From positions 372,001 to 436,000 of the forward strand of contig JBLDXI010000020.1 in assembly GCA_047495785.1 (NCBI GenBank): a stretch of 64,000 nucleotides of DNA. Reading direction: 5' to 3'. Below, piece after piece: positions 49,370 through 63,563 of this stretch (position 1 is its first letter; every line of letters begins with the position of its first letter). Origin of the DNA: Lepidodermella squamata (Eukaryota; Animalia; Gastrotricha). Made by a program: the position numbers and the translations under genes. Under the pieces are notes generated by a model that was not told the origin of the DNA, did not search any database, and saw only the letters and a list, made by a program, of their open reading frames with translations.

Positions 49370-51181
49370 ATGTCCGATGAGCGGGTTCCTTGTCGCGTTT
49401 GTGGCAGAAACTTCGCCCCTGAATCTGTGGTAAATTAATACTTTTGAATTTTCTTGGTTCTGTGCAGCTCTTCCTGTTTGCAGGGGCGTCACGAAAAGGT
49501 CTGCTCAAAAGCAACGACAAAGAAGCCTCGCAAGGTATTTGATTCAGGCAGACAGAGGGCTGCGGGATCTGACGTACCCTACACCAAAACCTTGAAACCG
49601 GCACCCTCGTACGCACCGCCAAAGTACCCAGATGCTCCGAAAGTCAGCCCGTTCAAAACACCTATTCGTGAAGTACCGAAGAAATCAAATTGGCGGAAGC
49701 AACATGAGGATTTCATAGCAGCTGTGCGAGCAGCAAAAGCCTATGGACAAGCAGTAAAAACTGGAGGCCCTCTGCCTCCGCCAGCTCCTCCTTCAGAGAA
49801 TCCCGGTAAAATACTTAATATCTGTTGAACCATATTACATGCATTACCATTTAGATTATGTTTCGTGCCCCACTTGTGGTCGTCGTTTCAATGAAAATGC
49901 TGCCGCTCGCCACATTCCATTTTGCGCCGAAAAGAACAACCGAGTCCCTACTCGGAAAACAGCAGACCAAGCTGCTCAAAAGCGAGCCAATGCTCGAAAC
50001 TATGTCGCTCCCATGCCCGGCAAACCTAAAAGTACATCTGGCGGTGGCGGGCGCGGAATGGGTGGCTATGGCGCGGATGGTGATTATTACGACAGCTATT
50101 CCCCGTCTTCTCAACCTCAAAGATTCGGTAATAATTATTCTTCTCCTTATTCGTTGATGTCCTGTCAACTATTAAAAAGTCGTGTCGTTAATCATGTTTA
50201 ATCTCTCTGTGTTAAGCTCCAGCGCAACCGGTTAGGAGAGGAGTTCCGTCTGGTGGGTCTGGGGGTAGATATGCAGCTGGTTCTGGCAGCCGACAGGTAA
50301 TCAAAACAAAATTATTTGAGTTGACACCTAATATTTCTTATTAAATAGATGATGGATGATGGTGACTTTGACTCAACCTACGTCATGCCTGCTGCAGCGG
50401 GTCCGCGGGGTTCTAGACTGGGCGCCGGTGTACAATCTAAAACACAACCCCTGGGCTCCAGCACTCGCCTAGCCGCGGTATCGGGCGGTACTGGCCGTGG
50501 CGGTAGCCCTCTAGGCGCTTCATCTGCATTTGGAAATCGGAATCCTGTCGCTAGCGGTGGGCAGGCTGTTTATCTCGGTTCAAATCCCAGGTAACATATT
50601 GCCTTTTATTCCCGTGAAATGTCGAATCAAATACCCAATAGTATATGACGTCAATGTTGACGAGTAAAGAACCATGAGAAAATTATGTATACAAGGCGGT
50701 CTATTCAGATGCGTAAAAAACACTCACCGATGTAAAGACTTGCATTGCTTTGCTCAAACACGGCTTTGACTTTTTCATACTGGTATATCAGTCGTTGAAA
50801 TTGTTGCAAATAGCTGTCTTTTACCCGCAGTACTCTTATACAGCGAAGTTGAATTGTGTCAGGTCGTAACAGATAAGGCTGTCAATTTATGTTGGGAAAG
50901 CAAAAAGTCTACACTTTTTTGGATGAGGAATTTGTGTTTATTTTAGTGGCGGCATCCAGGGCCGTGGAACTAAACCGGGGGCTGGTGGCGTGAATGGAGG
51001 TTACGGTGACTATGACTCGCCTCCGATGGGTGGTGGCGGCAGCAGCAAACCAGTGGCGTCACGAGGCAGCAATGGTCGCTCTGCTGAGTCTGGCCAGTTC
51101 TGCTACGAATGCGGCAATCATTATCCGAGCAAAACAGCCAAATTTTGTGTCGAATGTGGAGTGAAGCGGATCGGTTTTTAA
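49370..51181 (+). CDS. ZC2HC1A: Zinc finger C2HC domain-containing protein 1A (FAM164A)
   Basis: PCRVCGRNFAPESV|GRHEKVC, RKVFDSGRQRA, NWRKQHEDFIAAVRAAK, YVSCPTCGRRFNENAAARHIPFC, and C-terminal FCYECG..AKFCVECGVKR. Confidence 0.9.
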
Positions 51182-52239
51182 ATTCACACCAGTGTTTTAT
51201 TCCTCAATCACGGAGATATATAAATAGTTGTATAGTATGATAAATGATTTTTTTCCTGCATGGAAACCCCGATTGAACGTCTGAACGGCATTCGTTCGGA
51301 CGAAAATCGGGGTTTCACTGCGTTTACGAATTGCGAGTTCGAGGCAACAAGCTGTGAATAAGTGAACTACTGACTTGGAATATGGTTGATTTGACTAGAG
51401 CTTTCTGTCTTTTACATCGCTTGCTGCTCCGTCTTGCTAGCAAGTTATATATGGTATGCCGAATGGACTTAACCTCTAGTATAATCGGTCTTATTACACC
51501 TGTTACATTAATTTTTTTTTCTCATGTAAAGATCGAGCCTTTTAGCATCAAACAACATGAGCTGCTTCTCGTTTAGCATTTATACAGAATGAACTTTCCT
51601 ATCTGCGTGTTTGTTTATGTCCTTTCAAGAAATCCTGTTGATCTCATAGTCTCAACTCGTGTAATGTCGGTCATATGACGGAGTGGACTTTCTTAGCGAA
51701 ATATCAAATCACTTATTTGACCTGAAAAAATGTTATCAAGCAAGACTGATGTATGGATAATTCTTATACATTATGCGAATTTCGTGACTATTTTGCCTTG
51801 TATTCTGTTTTATTTACACTACTACGTGCACGGAAGAAATCATTTCGCCTTTATCATTTTGTAATCCTAAATTTGTAATCTACTTCGATCTCATTTATCA
51901 CTTGTGATCCATAGAAATTATAAAAGATTTCCACCGAAAAGCGTCAGAAAGATTGAAATAATATTTGTTGTCGATAAATTATTGATATTACTCCCATCGA
52001 ATTCGCGCTTGTCTATTACATCAAGCCTGCAAAAGCTGACCAGCAGAATGACTTGGCGTCGTGATAAACTTCAAATCGAGTTTTGTTACGCTTTTGAAGA
52101 TATTTACTCGAAGATGATGAAATAAAATCGTTTTTCCTACAAGAGCTTTATTTGAAATCAAGAAATTACTTAGCGATCAGTTATTCATTCAATATTTATT
52201 CAAAAGTTATTTGGGTCAATGAATGCGATTATCGAACAT

Positions 52240-53858
52240 TTATTGAGTGCAATCAATCATGACCTTGATCGCTCCAGTTGCAATGGCATTAGCTGCAGTT
52301 TCGAAAGCATCAACGGTTTGCGACAACGGAAAGGTGTGAGTGACCATCTTGTCCAGGCCGATCAACTTTTTGGACGCTACCAGGTCAACAGCTGCCTGAT
52401 AGGTGTTGTTGTAGCGGAAAATCGATCTAATATCGATTTCTTTGCAAATCATGTCTAATATCGGTAGAGCGTTAAGCTCGTGATGGTAACCGACCAGCAT
52501 CAAAAGACCGCAGCGTTTTAGGGCGTAAATTGTAGCCTGCTGGAGAAGTTCCACACCAGTTGTATCGAAGCAAACATCAGGAGCGCGCCCGGCAACGTCA
52601 ACGATTTTCTTCGCCAAGCTGCGAGAAGGCGAATTGGAATCCAAATAATCAGCCTTACGATCAGGGTTCGGCTTAGCGCTGGGATCCAACAAGATGGTCT
52701 CAACGTCGTCACCAAAAAGCTTTTTCGCAAACTCCAAGCGGCCTTGGTTTATATCTGAGTGAAAGTGCAATCGGATAATGAAATCATGGGATATTTTAAT
52801 AAATCAAACCAGTAAAAACTGTTTTACTGCTTCCCGCAGAACTAGCGACCATTTTCAAGCACAATCCGACAGGGCCTTAAAACGTCGGTTATTGATGGTA
52901 TTATTTCAGGCAAAAAGCGTCTACCTGCGCCATGAATAACGACAATATCGCCAGCTTGGACGTTAGCACGGCGAACAGCCCCAACAGCGACAGCAACAGG
53001 CTCCACTAGAGCAGCCTCCTCATCGGTAACAGTATCGGGAATCCTGATGGAATGAATGAAATGAACCGCTTTGAGGCAATACCATTCTAGAGCTGCTTCT
53101 TACTTGAAACAAAAATCAGCAGCAATGTTGACGAAATTTTGCAAGGAGCCGTGGCAGCTGGTCGCAAAAAACTGTTCATCCGGGCAAAGGTTATAACGTC
53201 CTGAAAAGACGGTAAATACATAATATTGAAATGAGAGGCGTGCGTCAGCAATGTCTCTTTTCAGCTCCCTATTCACTGATGACGTATGACGTCGTGTATA
53301 GACTTGTTTTCTATATCGGACCTGATGCACGCTATGACGTATCAATATACATACCGATGTGGCAATATTCACAAGACCTGCACGGGACACCTGGTTCAAC
53401 GGCCACTCTCTCGCCAACTTTGAAACGTTTCACATTTTTGCCAACCCGTGTTATTTTACCGCCAAATTCGTGCCCCTTCATTGAAATACCTTAGGAACTA
53501 TCACATGGGCTTAAGGAGAAAGTTACCATAACCAAAGCTTTGCTCATCGGGAACATTCCAGATAATGAACCATCTTTGTAAAAATGAATATCACTGCCGC
53601 AAATGCCAACTTTCGCTACTGCCACTTGGATTTCTGGATTAAGAAATTATACGCCCAAGGTTGAATCACAATTGTGCAAGCAGCGTTTCATTTTTTAGCA
53701 AGCCGCGTTCAAACCGTGATCTTCGGGCAAAGGAACTGCGACTTTTTCCTTGATTGTTGGCGAATTAAATTATTATTGATCCTGGAAAAAATGCTCACAA
53801 TTTTAAAGTCCTTTGGGCCGTAGAGCACAGCGCCAATGTTGTTGCTCGTATCTGCCAT
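52240..53858 (-). CDS. SORD: Sorbitol dehydrogenase-like zinc MDR alcohol dehydrogenase, multi-exon
   Basis: VGICGSDIHFY, M|GHEFGG, VGERVAVEPGVPCRSCEYC..GRYNLC, GA|GPVG, IFRYNNTY, VTHTFPL, AIKVMI. Confidence 0.88.
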
Positions 53859-54188
53859 GAATTCAAGATAGCAAACTCTAGCTTGAAAAATGAATTTTTT
53901 TATTTCTTGTTAATAATTATTTCGTGATAAGTAACACATGCGCAGTTGTCAGACCAGTGAAATTCGCAGCATCAGATCACAGATTTATGACTTGGTTGAA
54001 GTGGAAAGAAAAAGATGCAAAGACAAAACAAATCGTAACTATACCGAGATTTCTCTCAACTGAAGCACACGCACACGGCACACGGTACACAAAATCAGTC
54101 GGTGTAAATAAATATCGCTCTATTCTGACATTATTTATCGATATAAGGCAATCAGATAATTTTGTAAATCTCAAAATCTCAGTCATTT

Positions 54189-57100
54189 TTAAGGCTGCTT
54201 TGTCGAAGCAGTCGCAACTCTGGCGGAAAACCACTTCAAAGCTTCGGCCCAATATTGCGACGGAAATCGGCTCGAAAACGAAGGTATAACTAAATCGGCA
54301 ACAACGACGACTGGCTTCGAGTCGCCAGTTGATTTACCGATGTGATCTTGAAGAAATCTCACCATCATATGAGGACTCAGTTCAGTTTCAAGAACAGCGA
54401 TGCAATTTTCACATTTGAAAGTAATGGCAAGAAGCGTCGGTATCAAGACATTGGTCAAATTTGGGTCTGTGAAGTAGTTGATCGGCATTTGGCACAGCTG
54501 TTGTAAGATAGTAGGCGGCTGGCCTGATGCAAGCGTACTCTCGGCCAGCGAGTGATTGAGAAGCGAGAATAAACCCACGCAAACAATGGCTTCATCAACC
54601 AATTCACAGTGAGTTTTGCTCATGTTTGAAGCACTCACTTGAGATAAAATGTAAGCAGAAGCTTGTCTGAACTGAAGAAGTAAAGGCGAGTCACCGGCTA
54701 GGGTAGTTTGAAGCAAAGCAGGCTCCAAAGAAGCGGCAGCTGTGAAAAAGCGATACACGAGAAGAATCAACTCTGCGGCAGAAGTGGGTATATCAGTGGA
54801 AAAGTCATGATCTGTTTGCGTTGTTGGTTTCCCAAGGCCGGTTTCTTTCAGCATTAGAGCGTAAACCAGCGAAACCATACCGGCCATGTCACACATTCTC
54901 AATGAGGCGATGAGTAACAAGGACTCTTCTGCCTTATCAAGTGCATTGGTTTCTGCTGCTTTTGATAAGCGGCACGACGCCGTTAGCAGGCGAGATAACA
55001 TTTTTAGCAGGTCGCAAACCGTCTCATCGCTAAATTCAGTTAAATAGGTGGCGACAGCGACCAGTTGAGCAGTTTTGTCAACAAACCCGAGGGCAATCAA
55101 CAGGTTCAACGTATACAAACAGCGATTAGAAATTTCTTTCTTGTCAACTGAAACCAGTTTCTCGTCGCTTTGATGAACAGTGACGGAGAAGGAAACCGCG
55201 TCAAAAAAGCAGATTGTCCATTTCATGGCGGATATCAATTTGAGTCTCACCGCCTCAAAAACAGAACCACCCAGTCGCAGAGAGTCAACTGCAGCGTCGG
55301 CTAATCTTTCAAGCCCGGATGTCAACATGTCGAATATCGGTATTATTATTGACGATTCAAACGCAAGAAGATACACCGCGCTTTCCGGATTCTGAAAAAA
55401 TTAATCAAAAGGTCAGCTGTCGTGACTTTAGGAGAAATTAATATAATCCTACCAATTTGAAAACGGTGACAAAAGACTGAAGAATAGCAGAGATGAGACG
55501 GTCCGAGTTTTCCGCGTTACCGTTTTTCATTTTGGCGTCAACTGATGACTGCAAAGGCATATATTTTACGAGGGCCTTTATCAGCGCTGAAAAAACGCTG
55601 CTACTATTGCACTGCGTCTCTGATAAGTCTTTTGGTAGCTGGCGCTCCGCTAAGCGCGTCAGCTCAAGTACCAGGCGCTCAGCGGTCAGGAGGCGATCGT
55701 TCAATGCTTGACTAGACGTTGCTGAGTCCAACATTTTATTTAGCTCTGAAACCACATTGCCAAATCGACCCGAGATATTGGCTTTGAACCCATTATCCCC
55801 ACTATCAACAGCCGAGCTTAAGTAAGAACGATACTTTTTCGCTCGTTTCTTTTGCGATTGTCTCGTGTTATCTGCACTGGGTTCAGATTTTCGGCTGATA
55901 TTGGCCAACTTTTGGCTCTGACTGTTGTTCAAGCTGGTCGAAAGTAGTTGTTGCTGTTGACTTAGGGAAAGAGAAACGATTGGCTGCATTGTTGACAGCT
56001 GAATGAAATTGGTAGCCGTTTTCGGCGCGCCAGACAACTGCCGATGCTGACGATTCTTCAAATGCTCCATCAATGAGAGTTCCGAGTCGATGACCACGTT
56101 GCAAAGCGAGCAAAATTTGCGTTGATCGACGACGAAAGGCGTGGTGTTTGGCGCTGCGGCTGTACCACTGCTTTGTTTCGTCACTTGGGTCTGATTTCTT
56201 GGCGATTGCATGTTTTGGACGGAGAGAGCAACGGCACGTTCACGACGTTGCTCGATCAATTCGCTATGACGACGGGCACACTCGTCCTGCTTCGTGTAGA
56301 TGCGTTCGCGAAGTTCATTTGCGCGCTGCTCGTCAGCCAACCGCAGTTGAGCTAGTCGCTCTTCGTGTTCACGCTCTCGCGCTCGACTTGAAGCCACCCG
56401 CTCGGCAAATTTTTCAACTTGGCGCTCCTCGGCCTTCCTCTCACGCTCCTTCTGTTTCTCCAGCAGCTCTTTCATGCGGTGATGACGTTCGGCATCGAGA
56501 GCGCGTTTTCGATCAGATGCTGCTAATTTGCGTCGATTTTGCTCTTCAAGTCTTTTACCTTGTTCATCAGCTAATTCGACCAGTCGCTTTTTCCACAGTT
56601 GGTACTTCATCTGGACCTCTTGTTTCCGCGATTCAGCTTCGATATTGTTGATAAACGCAATTTCACTTCCTTTAGCCTCCTCGTCGTGGGCTTTCCGTAC
56701 AATCTGCCGCAGTTGATTCAGACGACGCTGCTCTGCGGCTTTCATTTTGCTTTCAATTGCTCGTTTCTTATCCTGCAGGAGCTCATTTTTCCAAGATCGA
56801 ACCTCCTCGACTCGCTTTGATAATAAAGCGCAACGTTCGATTTTCTCGCGTTGTCGACGTTCGCGTAACTCTTGAGACTTCAACTGTTTTTCTGCTAATT
56901 GCTCTGCCAATCCAGCTCTGCCGCTTTCGTCGCCTGGTTGTTTTTCAGATTTGTTCCGCCGAGCGGGTGATAGCAGTTTTTCATGTAGTTCCACGCCTCG
57001 ACCGGGGATACGAACGGAATCCGCCGACGCTGACAACCAGCTATCAGACTAAAAAAAATTAAAATTATACTTACTGAGAATAAAGCATTCTGGTAAAAAC

Positions 57101-58152
57101 AGTACCTGATCATCGGTAAAGTCTTGATCGTCCGCCCCACCCACACTATCGTTCAGTTCATCTCGGAGCTCGTTGTTGAGTTCGTCCTCAGCAGTTAGAG
57201 CGGATATCAAAGCTTCGTCAAGTTCGATGCTCAGGTCAAGTTCACTATCATGACCATTGTCAAAAAATGCCGGCAGCTGATGAAATTTACGTAAATCTCC
57301 ATTGGACAACGTGCTCGTTCGCGATCGAGCAACGATTTGATCAACTGGGGTATTATCTTCGTAAAGCTGATCAGTGGGAGATTCTGTCGTGGGATTTCGT
57401 ATCTCAACTTTAGCAACCGCAGTGGCAGAAATATTATCACATCCATCCTTTGATCCCAAATAGTCGTTTCTCTTGGACACTCTACCTTTTTTGTTAGGTT
57501 TGACGATATGCCACTCGCCATCATCGGTATCCTGCTTAGCCCCATTATTATATCCCGGAAATGGAGGATTAGCAGAAACAGTAACAAGCAGCGGTTCAAC
57601 GCCATTGGACTTGGATGGCACATTATTATTTGGCACTGCAACATTGCTTTGGCTGCTCGATGCAGATGGGATACAGCTCACATTAAACAGGTTCTTTTTT
57701 GACAAGCGGCTGTTGGCTCGTCTTGGGGACATTTCACTCGGTTTAGCGACAGGAACAGGACTCCGCACTTCCCATGCGAGAGAGGAGGGCCTAAGACAAA
57801 CATTTTAAAATAGAAATTGAGCAATCTAATGAATAATCTTACTTTCGGTCTTTCTCAGCAGATTCGAATTCGTTAATAACTTTGAATCGATCAATAAGAG
57901 CGTGGAAATCTTTAGTGCACTTATCCAGTACCATAGCTACTTCCTGCAAAAGTGATTTGTTAGGGAAGTAAATACAACAATTATTCAACATACCTTGCAT
58001 TGCACAATGTTTTCATCAGCCTCGCACGTAGCGTAAAGCTCATCAACAGCCCGTTGCAAATTATCAAAGAGAAATTTCCAATACCGCTCCTTCAATCCAC
58101 GATCCACAGTTACAGCGTTGAAATCGCCAAAAGTAATGGGGGGAATATTCAT
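54189..58152 (-). CDS. SCAPER: S-phase cyclin A-associated protein in the ER
   Basis: RYWKFLFDNLQRAVDELYATCEAD, SLAWEV, PGRGVELHEKLLSP, coiled coil with EIAFINNIEA, C2H2 finger CSLCNV..HLKNRQH, and PTILQQLCQMPINYFTDP. Confidence 0.92.
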
Positions 58153-59403
58153 CGTGTCCTTTAGATTAGCCTATCATTCTGGCGAAAATAAACTTTAAAA
58201 CTTGTTGAGCGCATAGCACATGCCCTTGAGCAGATGAGACCAACCCTGAGCCCTGATCAATTTACTTCAATCCTTCGGCGGGAGAAATATTTAATATAAA
58301 TAATATAGACTGAGGCAAATCAATGCGAATCCATAAGGGAAAAGAAATGGAACATTGTCCCCCACGCTAAGCTAGCTGATTCCAGCGCAGTTGCGCACCA
58401 CTTGCTTGGGAAGTACTGCGCTCCAAGCAGCTCAGTCTTCCCAAGCAATGCGTCTGGCGCACTGTTGTATTCGGTCGGCGAGAGTATGGTGAGGCGACGT
58501 TATGACTAAAGTGACGTATAAGACTAAAGTGATGAAAGCTACACCGCAACAGCCAAGGACCTTGAGCTAAAGAGCGAAAGAAGCAAACCCAGTCGATCGC
58601 ACTTCTTAGGCACACTTAGACACACACACATGCCAAGCGTCGCCAACCCAACGACTTTCCCGCTAAACTCGAGCATAATTGACATTAATAAACGCCTAAT
58701 AGACGTATTTTTATAACTAAGCGCCTGAAAAAGTGATGATATAAATCCTTGTTGGTTTTTCAAAAAAGCCGAATCCCCGCAAAATCTCGCGTTAAAAGTG
58801 GCTTTTTGCGGTGTTGACGCGAATCAACTTCGGGAGCAACAACGGAAGTTTTTGTGAAGGGAAGAAAGAATGCTTATACTGCTTTTTGCTACATAAAATT
58901 GATATTTTCTTTATGCGCATCATGTGCTGTGAACAATATGATATGAAATATGGCATCCAATTTAAAGAAAAAACTCAACTTATATTGGTCCTTTCCAATA
59001 GTTTGGAGAATACGTTGTAAAGCAACCATAAGTGATGTAGGACTAAAGTAGCTTGAAATTGATTGTTTAATCGTTCATAATTCATTTGACGTTCACCAAG
59101 TACGCTGCTAATAGGGCAAAACAAGCGGTATGTAAATGACTTGCCCATTTCCCATTTCCCCTAAAACAGCATTACTAAACAGCTAACCGTGTGCTATTCG
59201 TCGTTTGCGAAACACTCCGTGCTGGTGGTAAAATCGCCCTATCATCCTTCGCCACAGGCATGGTGGTTTTGCGCTTTGCTATAATGCTTTATGCTTTATA
59301 TCTGAGGTTACTGCCTGCAGAAATTATCAATCATCTTAATCTACTCAAAAGCCAGATAACCATGAACTCATTTTTATAGACTGCCACCCAGTGTTATTTA
59401 TTC
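58153..59403. promoter_or_regulatory. Divergent intergenic region, probable bidirectional promoter for the SCAPER-SORD and CNOT10-GMPR-POFUT2 units
   Basis: Head-to-head arrangement of two co-oriented gene runs. No core promoter motif identified with confidence. Confidence 0.45.
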
Positions 59404-61857
59404 ATGGCGGAAGAACAAGCTCTATGTCTGTCTGCTTGCGAGCAGTTCGCCAAAGGCGATTTTTCTGCTGCTGATGAGAGTTTAAAAGCACTTGGCGAAA
59501 AGCGAAGATCAGACTGGCGCACAACGTTGAACAGAGCCATCGTTTCATTCTGCTCTTCGCGATTGTCAAAACTCGACGAGTTTCTGTCAGAGCTGACTAA
59601 GATTTGCGACCAGGTACTCCGCGTGGTTTGCAAAGTCCTTGCATTTGTCATTGCTTCTTTTTAGCTTCAAATCAAGCTGGAGGTCGGCTCTTCTGCCTCC
59701 ATTAAGCAGCCGCAAGATGGAACAACACTGTGTCTATATTATAATTACGCTTTGTCCTTATTCTTGGGCTGTCAATATTCAGTGGCGACTTGCGTTGTCG
59801 AAAGACTGATACCTTTTTGTGAGCCATACGGTAAGGGTCGATTTCGGTGGTAAATTGATTTTACAAAATTTCTAATATTATTGCAGATGACTTGCTGTCT
59901 CTAAAAATAGCTTTCTTAGCTATCCACTTGCATCTTATTCGTGGATCATACGAACGGGCCCTCAACATAATTTCACAAATTGAAGGGTCTCTTCTGTTAA
60001 ATCCCCCATCAGACAGTCAATTATCTGAATCGGACAGCATTGCATCGACCAAAAATAAAATAGCTCTTTACAAAGCGTATTGTCTCTTGTTATCTGGCAA
60101 CATGAAAGGTGCGATTTTGTCTATAAGTTGAAATAACGTAAACTTGTCTTTCATTTCAGCTTCGAAAAGAGAGTTGAAGCAGCTCTCTAGTAATCTTTCT
60201 TCCAAGCCAAATCAGGGTAGCGCCAACTATTCTGGATATATGCTGGCATGGCTCAAATGTCACTTCGAATATTTGCGAGGGAATGGACGTAAAACACTGA
60301 AATTATTAAATGGAGTGCCGGGTCAGCTTGGTATGATGTTCTCACCCGGCGTAACCCCACTAAGCCTCTAATCATGCATTTATTTAGCTCCAGAAGACTT
60401 TCCATTTATGGAAAATATCGCCTTGCCCGGTTTCGATCACAAAGCGTCTTACGCGACAATTAAAGCTTGTGGCTTATATCAAATGCGTCGTTTCAACTCG
60501 GCTGCCCAACTGCTACTGGAGGCATGGGATGCGATCGACAAATATTGCGAGGACACCGCAATCGGCAGTGGTGCGCTGTCTTTGCGAACTCTCAGTTTCG
60601 CCGGGCCAGCTTATTCAGCTGTTGGCTATAACATTGCGTGCTGTTTTCTTCACGCGGGCTTGTATCGTGCTGCATTCGACGCGTTTATTTCCACCCTTGG
60701 TGGGGTGAAGCATATGCCTCAAGCATGGCTTCACATCGCGGAATGCTGCATTCAAATTAATGAACAAAGCAAACAGAATATGCGATCAAATTCGTGCCGT
60801 CTCTCAATTGTCGGCAACAGTTTCGGCAATGGTCTTCATCGGAAAGTCCCCGTCAGCTGTGACTTTTTGCGGCAAAACTCACCGCCGCACAGTGACGGAC
60901 AAACTAACCACCATCACCATCAACAGCGCCCGAGTCTGGAGTTTGCGAGCGCATGCTTATCCAACTGTCTTATGCTCATCGCTCAGTACCGGGCTTTGAA
61001 CGGGTCTGCTGCGAAGGCCTCAGTTTCAGACGATCAAACTCCCAATAAGTTGGCGAATAGTCGATCAGTTGTTGTCATTTTAATTATTATTTAATTTAAT
61101 TTAGGGCAAATATGTCTGTGGGATTGCCAATGTCAGCGGTTTCGAGTGAAACCTTGGATGCGATACAGGCTCAAGCTTTACTATCTCTCGCCTATGTTTC
61201 GTTGTGTCTCAACAACTTCAACTTGGCTGTGAGGACTTGTTTGGATCTGCTCGCGCTGGGAGCAAAACTTACTCCTGTCGTGAAATATCTTGGTCATTTA
61301 TATATGGCCGAGGCTCTTATTAACGTTGATCGAATAGCTGATGCCATGGGTTATTTACAAGCCGGAAATTTAGCTCAAGATTTTTCTGCTCCATCTCAGC
61401 TGGGCGGCGTTGCGAGTGGTCGTGTTTCGGTTTCTAGTCTCAGCACGCCTCGTGAGCGGTCCATCGATGCCGACCAGGGCGACGGCTCGTCTAACGCGCA
61501 ATCAGCGCCTGTGCCTCAATTTTGGCCTAATTCGCAAGCGGCTGGTCAGGCGGTCCTAGTCTACAATTTGGCCGTCGCCTACGCCACTCGCGGCGATATG
61601 GAGAAAGCGAGAATGCATCTAGAGACGGTAATTTATGGATTATTATTGCATGAGCGGGATAATTATCGCCGTTATTGATTTATGCCTTATGTGCCTGTGT
61701 TTACTTTCAGGCAATGTCGAGCATCGCCGAGCCGTGGCCTGCTCATTTCTATCACCTTGCTTTTTACCTGGCGCTGTGCGACGCGCCGACGATGGGTGCA
61801 AGCCGAGCTTTGGAATTGGTGCGCAAGTACTATACTCACGTCACGCCCAACAGATAG
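59404..61857 (+). CDS. CNOT10: CCR4-NOT complex subunit 10, multi-exon
   Basis: LKCHFEYLRGNGRKTLKLLN, WLHIAECCI, PSLEFASACLSN, LAYVSLCL…YLGHLYMAEALI, YNLAVAYATRG. Confidence 0.88.
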
Positions 61858-62046
61858 TGAAGCTGTCTAGTCGAATCTTCTTGCTAAATTTGACGCTTTA
61901 TGTACCCACTGCCCTGAAGCTATTATGTACTGTTGTGCTGATTTAATAACACCTTGAATAAACTAAAAGCAATTTTGTCTTGTTTATCACAGTGTAAATT
62001 TGCCTTTTTAGGTGGTTGAATTTAAGACTACATAGTTTGCCCAACA

Positions 62047-63212
62047 ATGCGTATCGATAACGATATCAAGTTGGATTTCAAGGTTTGCTCTCATCCCAGT
62101 TTTCGTGGTTGTATAAATCATTGTTATGATTACAAAGGATGTTCTCATTAAACCGAAGCGAAGCACGATTCGCAGCCGTGCCGACGTAAATTTATTGAAT
62201 ATTTTTAAATAATTTTTTTTAACCATTCTTCATTCATTTAAAGGCGGATCTCACTCGCGAATTTGTTTTCCGCAACTCGAAGGCGAAATACACGGGTGTT
62301 CCGATCATGGCCTCAAACATGGACACCGTCGCGACTTTCGACATGGCTGCTGCTCTGCACAAGTTCGACATTTTCACGTGCATTCATAAACACTACCAAC
62401 CCGAAGACTGGGCTCGGTTCGCTAAACAAAATCCTGATAATTTCCGCAACATCGCTGTAAGCGCTGGCATGTCTGATAATGACTTGAAACGCATGCGGGC
62501 TATTGTCGAAGCTGTACCCGAGGCTCGCTACCTCTGCCTTGATGTAGCAAACGGCTATTCGGAGCATTTCGTCGACTTTGTTCGCCGAGTTCGCGAAGAA
62601 TTCCCGAACCATACGATTCTGGCTGGTAACGTTGTCACTGCGGAAATGGTAGAAGAACTGCTGCTATCCGGCGCTGATATCATCAAGGTCGGCATTGGAC
62701 CGGGTAGTGTTTGCACGACCCGCAAAAAGACCGGAGTTGGCTACCCTCAGCTGTCGGCTGTTATCGAGTGCGCCGATGCCGCTCACGGCTTGGGCGGGCA
62801 CATCATTTCCGATGGCGGCTGCACGAACCCTGGAGATGTCGCTAAAGCCTTTGGAGCCGGTGCTGACTACGTTATGTTGGGCGGTATGCTGGCAGGTCAT
62901 ACGGAATGCAACGGCGAGCTGATTGAGAAGAACGGGAAGAAATTTGTGAAATTCTACGGAATGAGCTCTTCAACTGCCATGCAGAAATACGCTGGTGGTG
63001 TTGCTGAATACCGTGCCAGCGAGGGTAAGGTGGTTGAAATCGAATACCGTGGCCCCGTTGCCGCCACCGCGCAGGACATTTTGGGCGGCCTTCGCTCGGC
63101 CTGCACTTACGTTGGAGCTGCCAAGTTGAAAGAACTGAGCCGTCGCACCACCTTTGTCCGAGTCACTCAGCAGACCAATGAGGTCTACACGCCATTCAAC
63201 GCTGGAAGTTGA
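62047..63212 (+). CDS. GMPR: GMP reductase; two short 5' introns
   Basis: [12 protein letters not shown]|[47 protein letters not shown]. Confidence 0.96.
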
Positions 63213-63563
63213 ATTCTTTGAGATTGATAACGATTTGAAAGAAACGTTTCAAATACATGCGAGACATTGTTCATTTTTATGAGTTTTTGCCGCTTTTTTG
63301 TCTTTTGGTCCGGCTATTGTGATAATCGCCTAGTCAAGTCATTGCCTCACATTCCGGTTTGAATCTGGTTTAAAATAGTGCTGCTCTCTGTTGTGCGCGT
63401 TTTGTTCATCTGATCACCGAATCTTCAATTAACAGTGTTGTGATATTTCACAGATGATATCGTCGCCCCTCTGTGAAATTGATCGGCTTTACTTACTCAC
63501 ACTTGAGCGATTAAAACAGGGGACTTTGTTTTACATGCTTCTTTTTTCTCATAGCTTAGAGAT

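Noticed and set aside
53275-53330. CTGATGA in a SORD intron as a hammerhead core or C/D snoRNA box
   Set aside because: No GAAA after the putative stem II, and it lies antisense to the host transcript.
59207-59272. Imperfect hairpin upstream of CNOT10 as a pre-miRNA
   Set aside because: Too many mismatches and a large loop; not distinguishable from chance.
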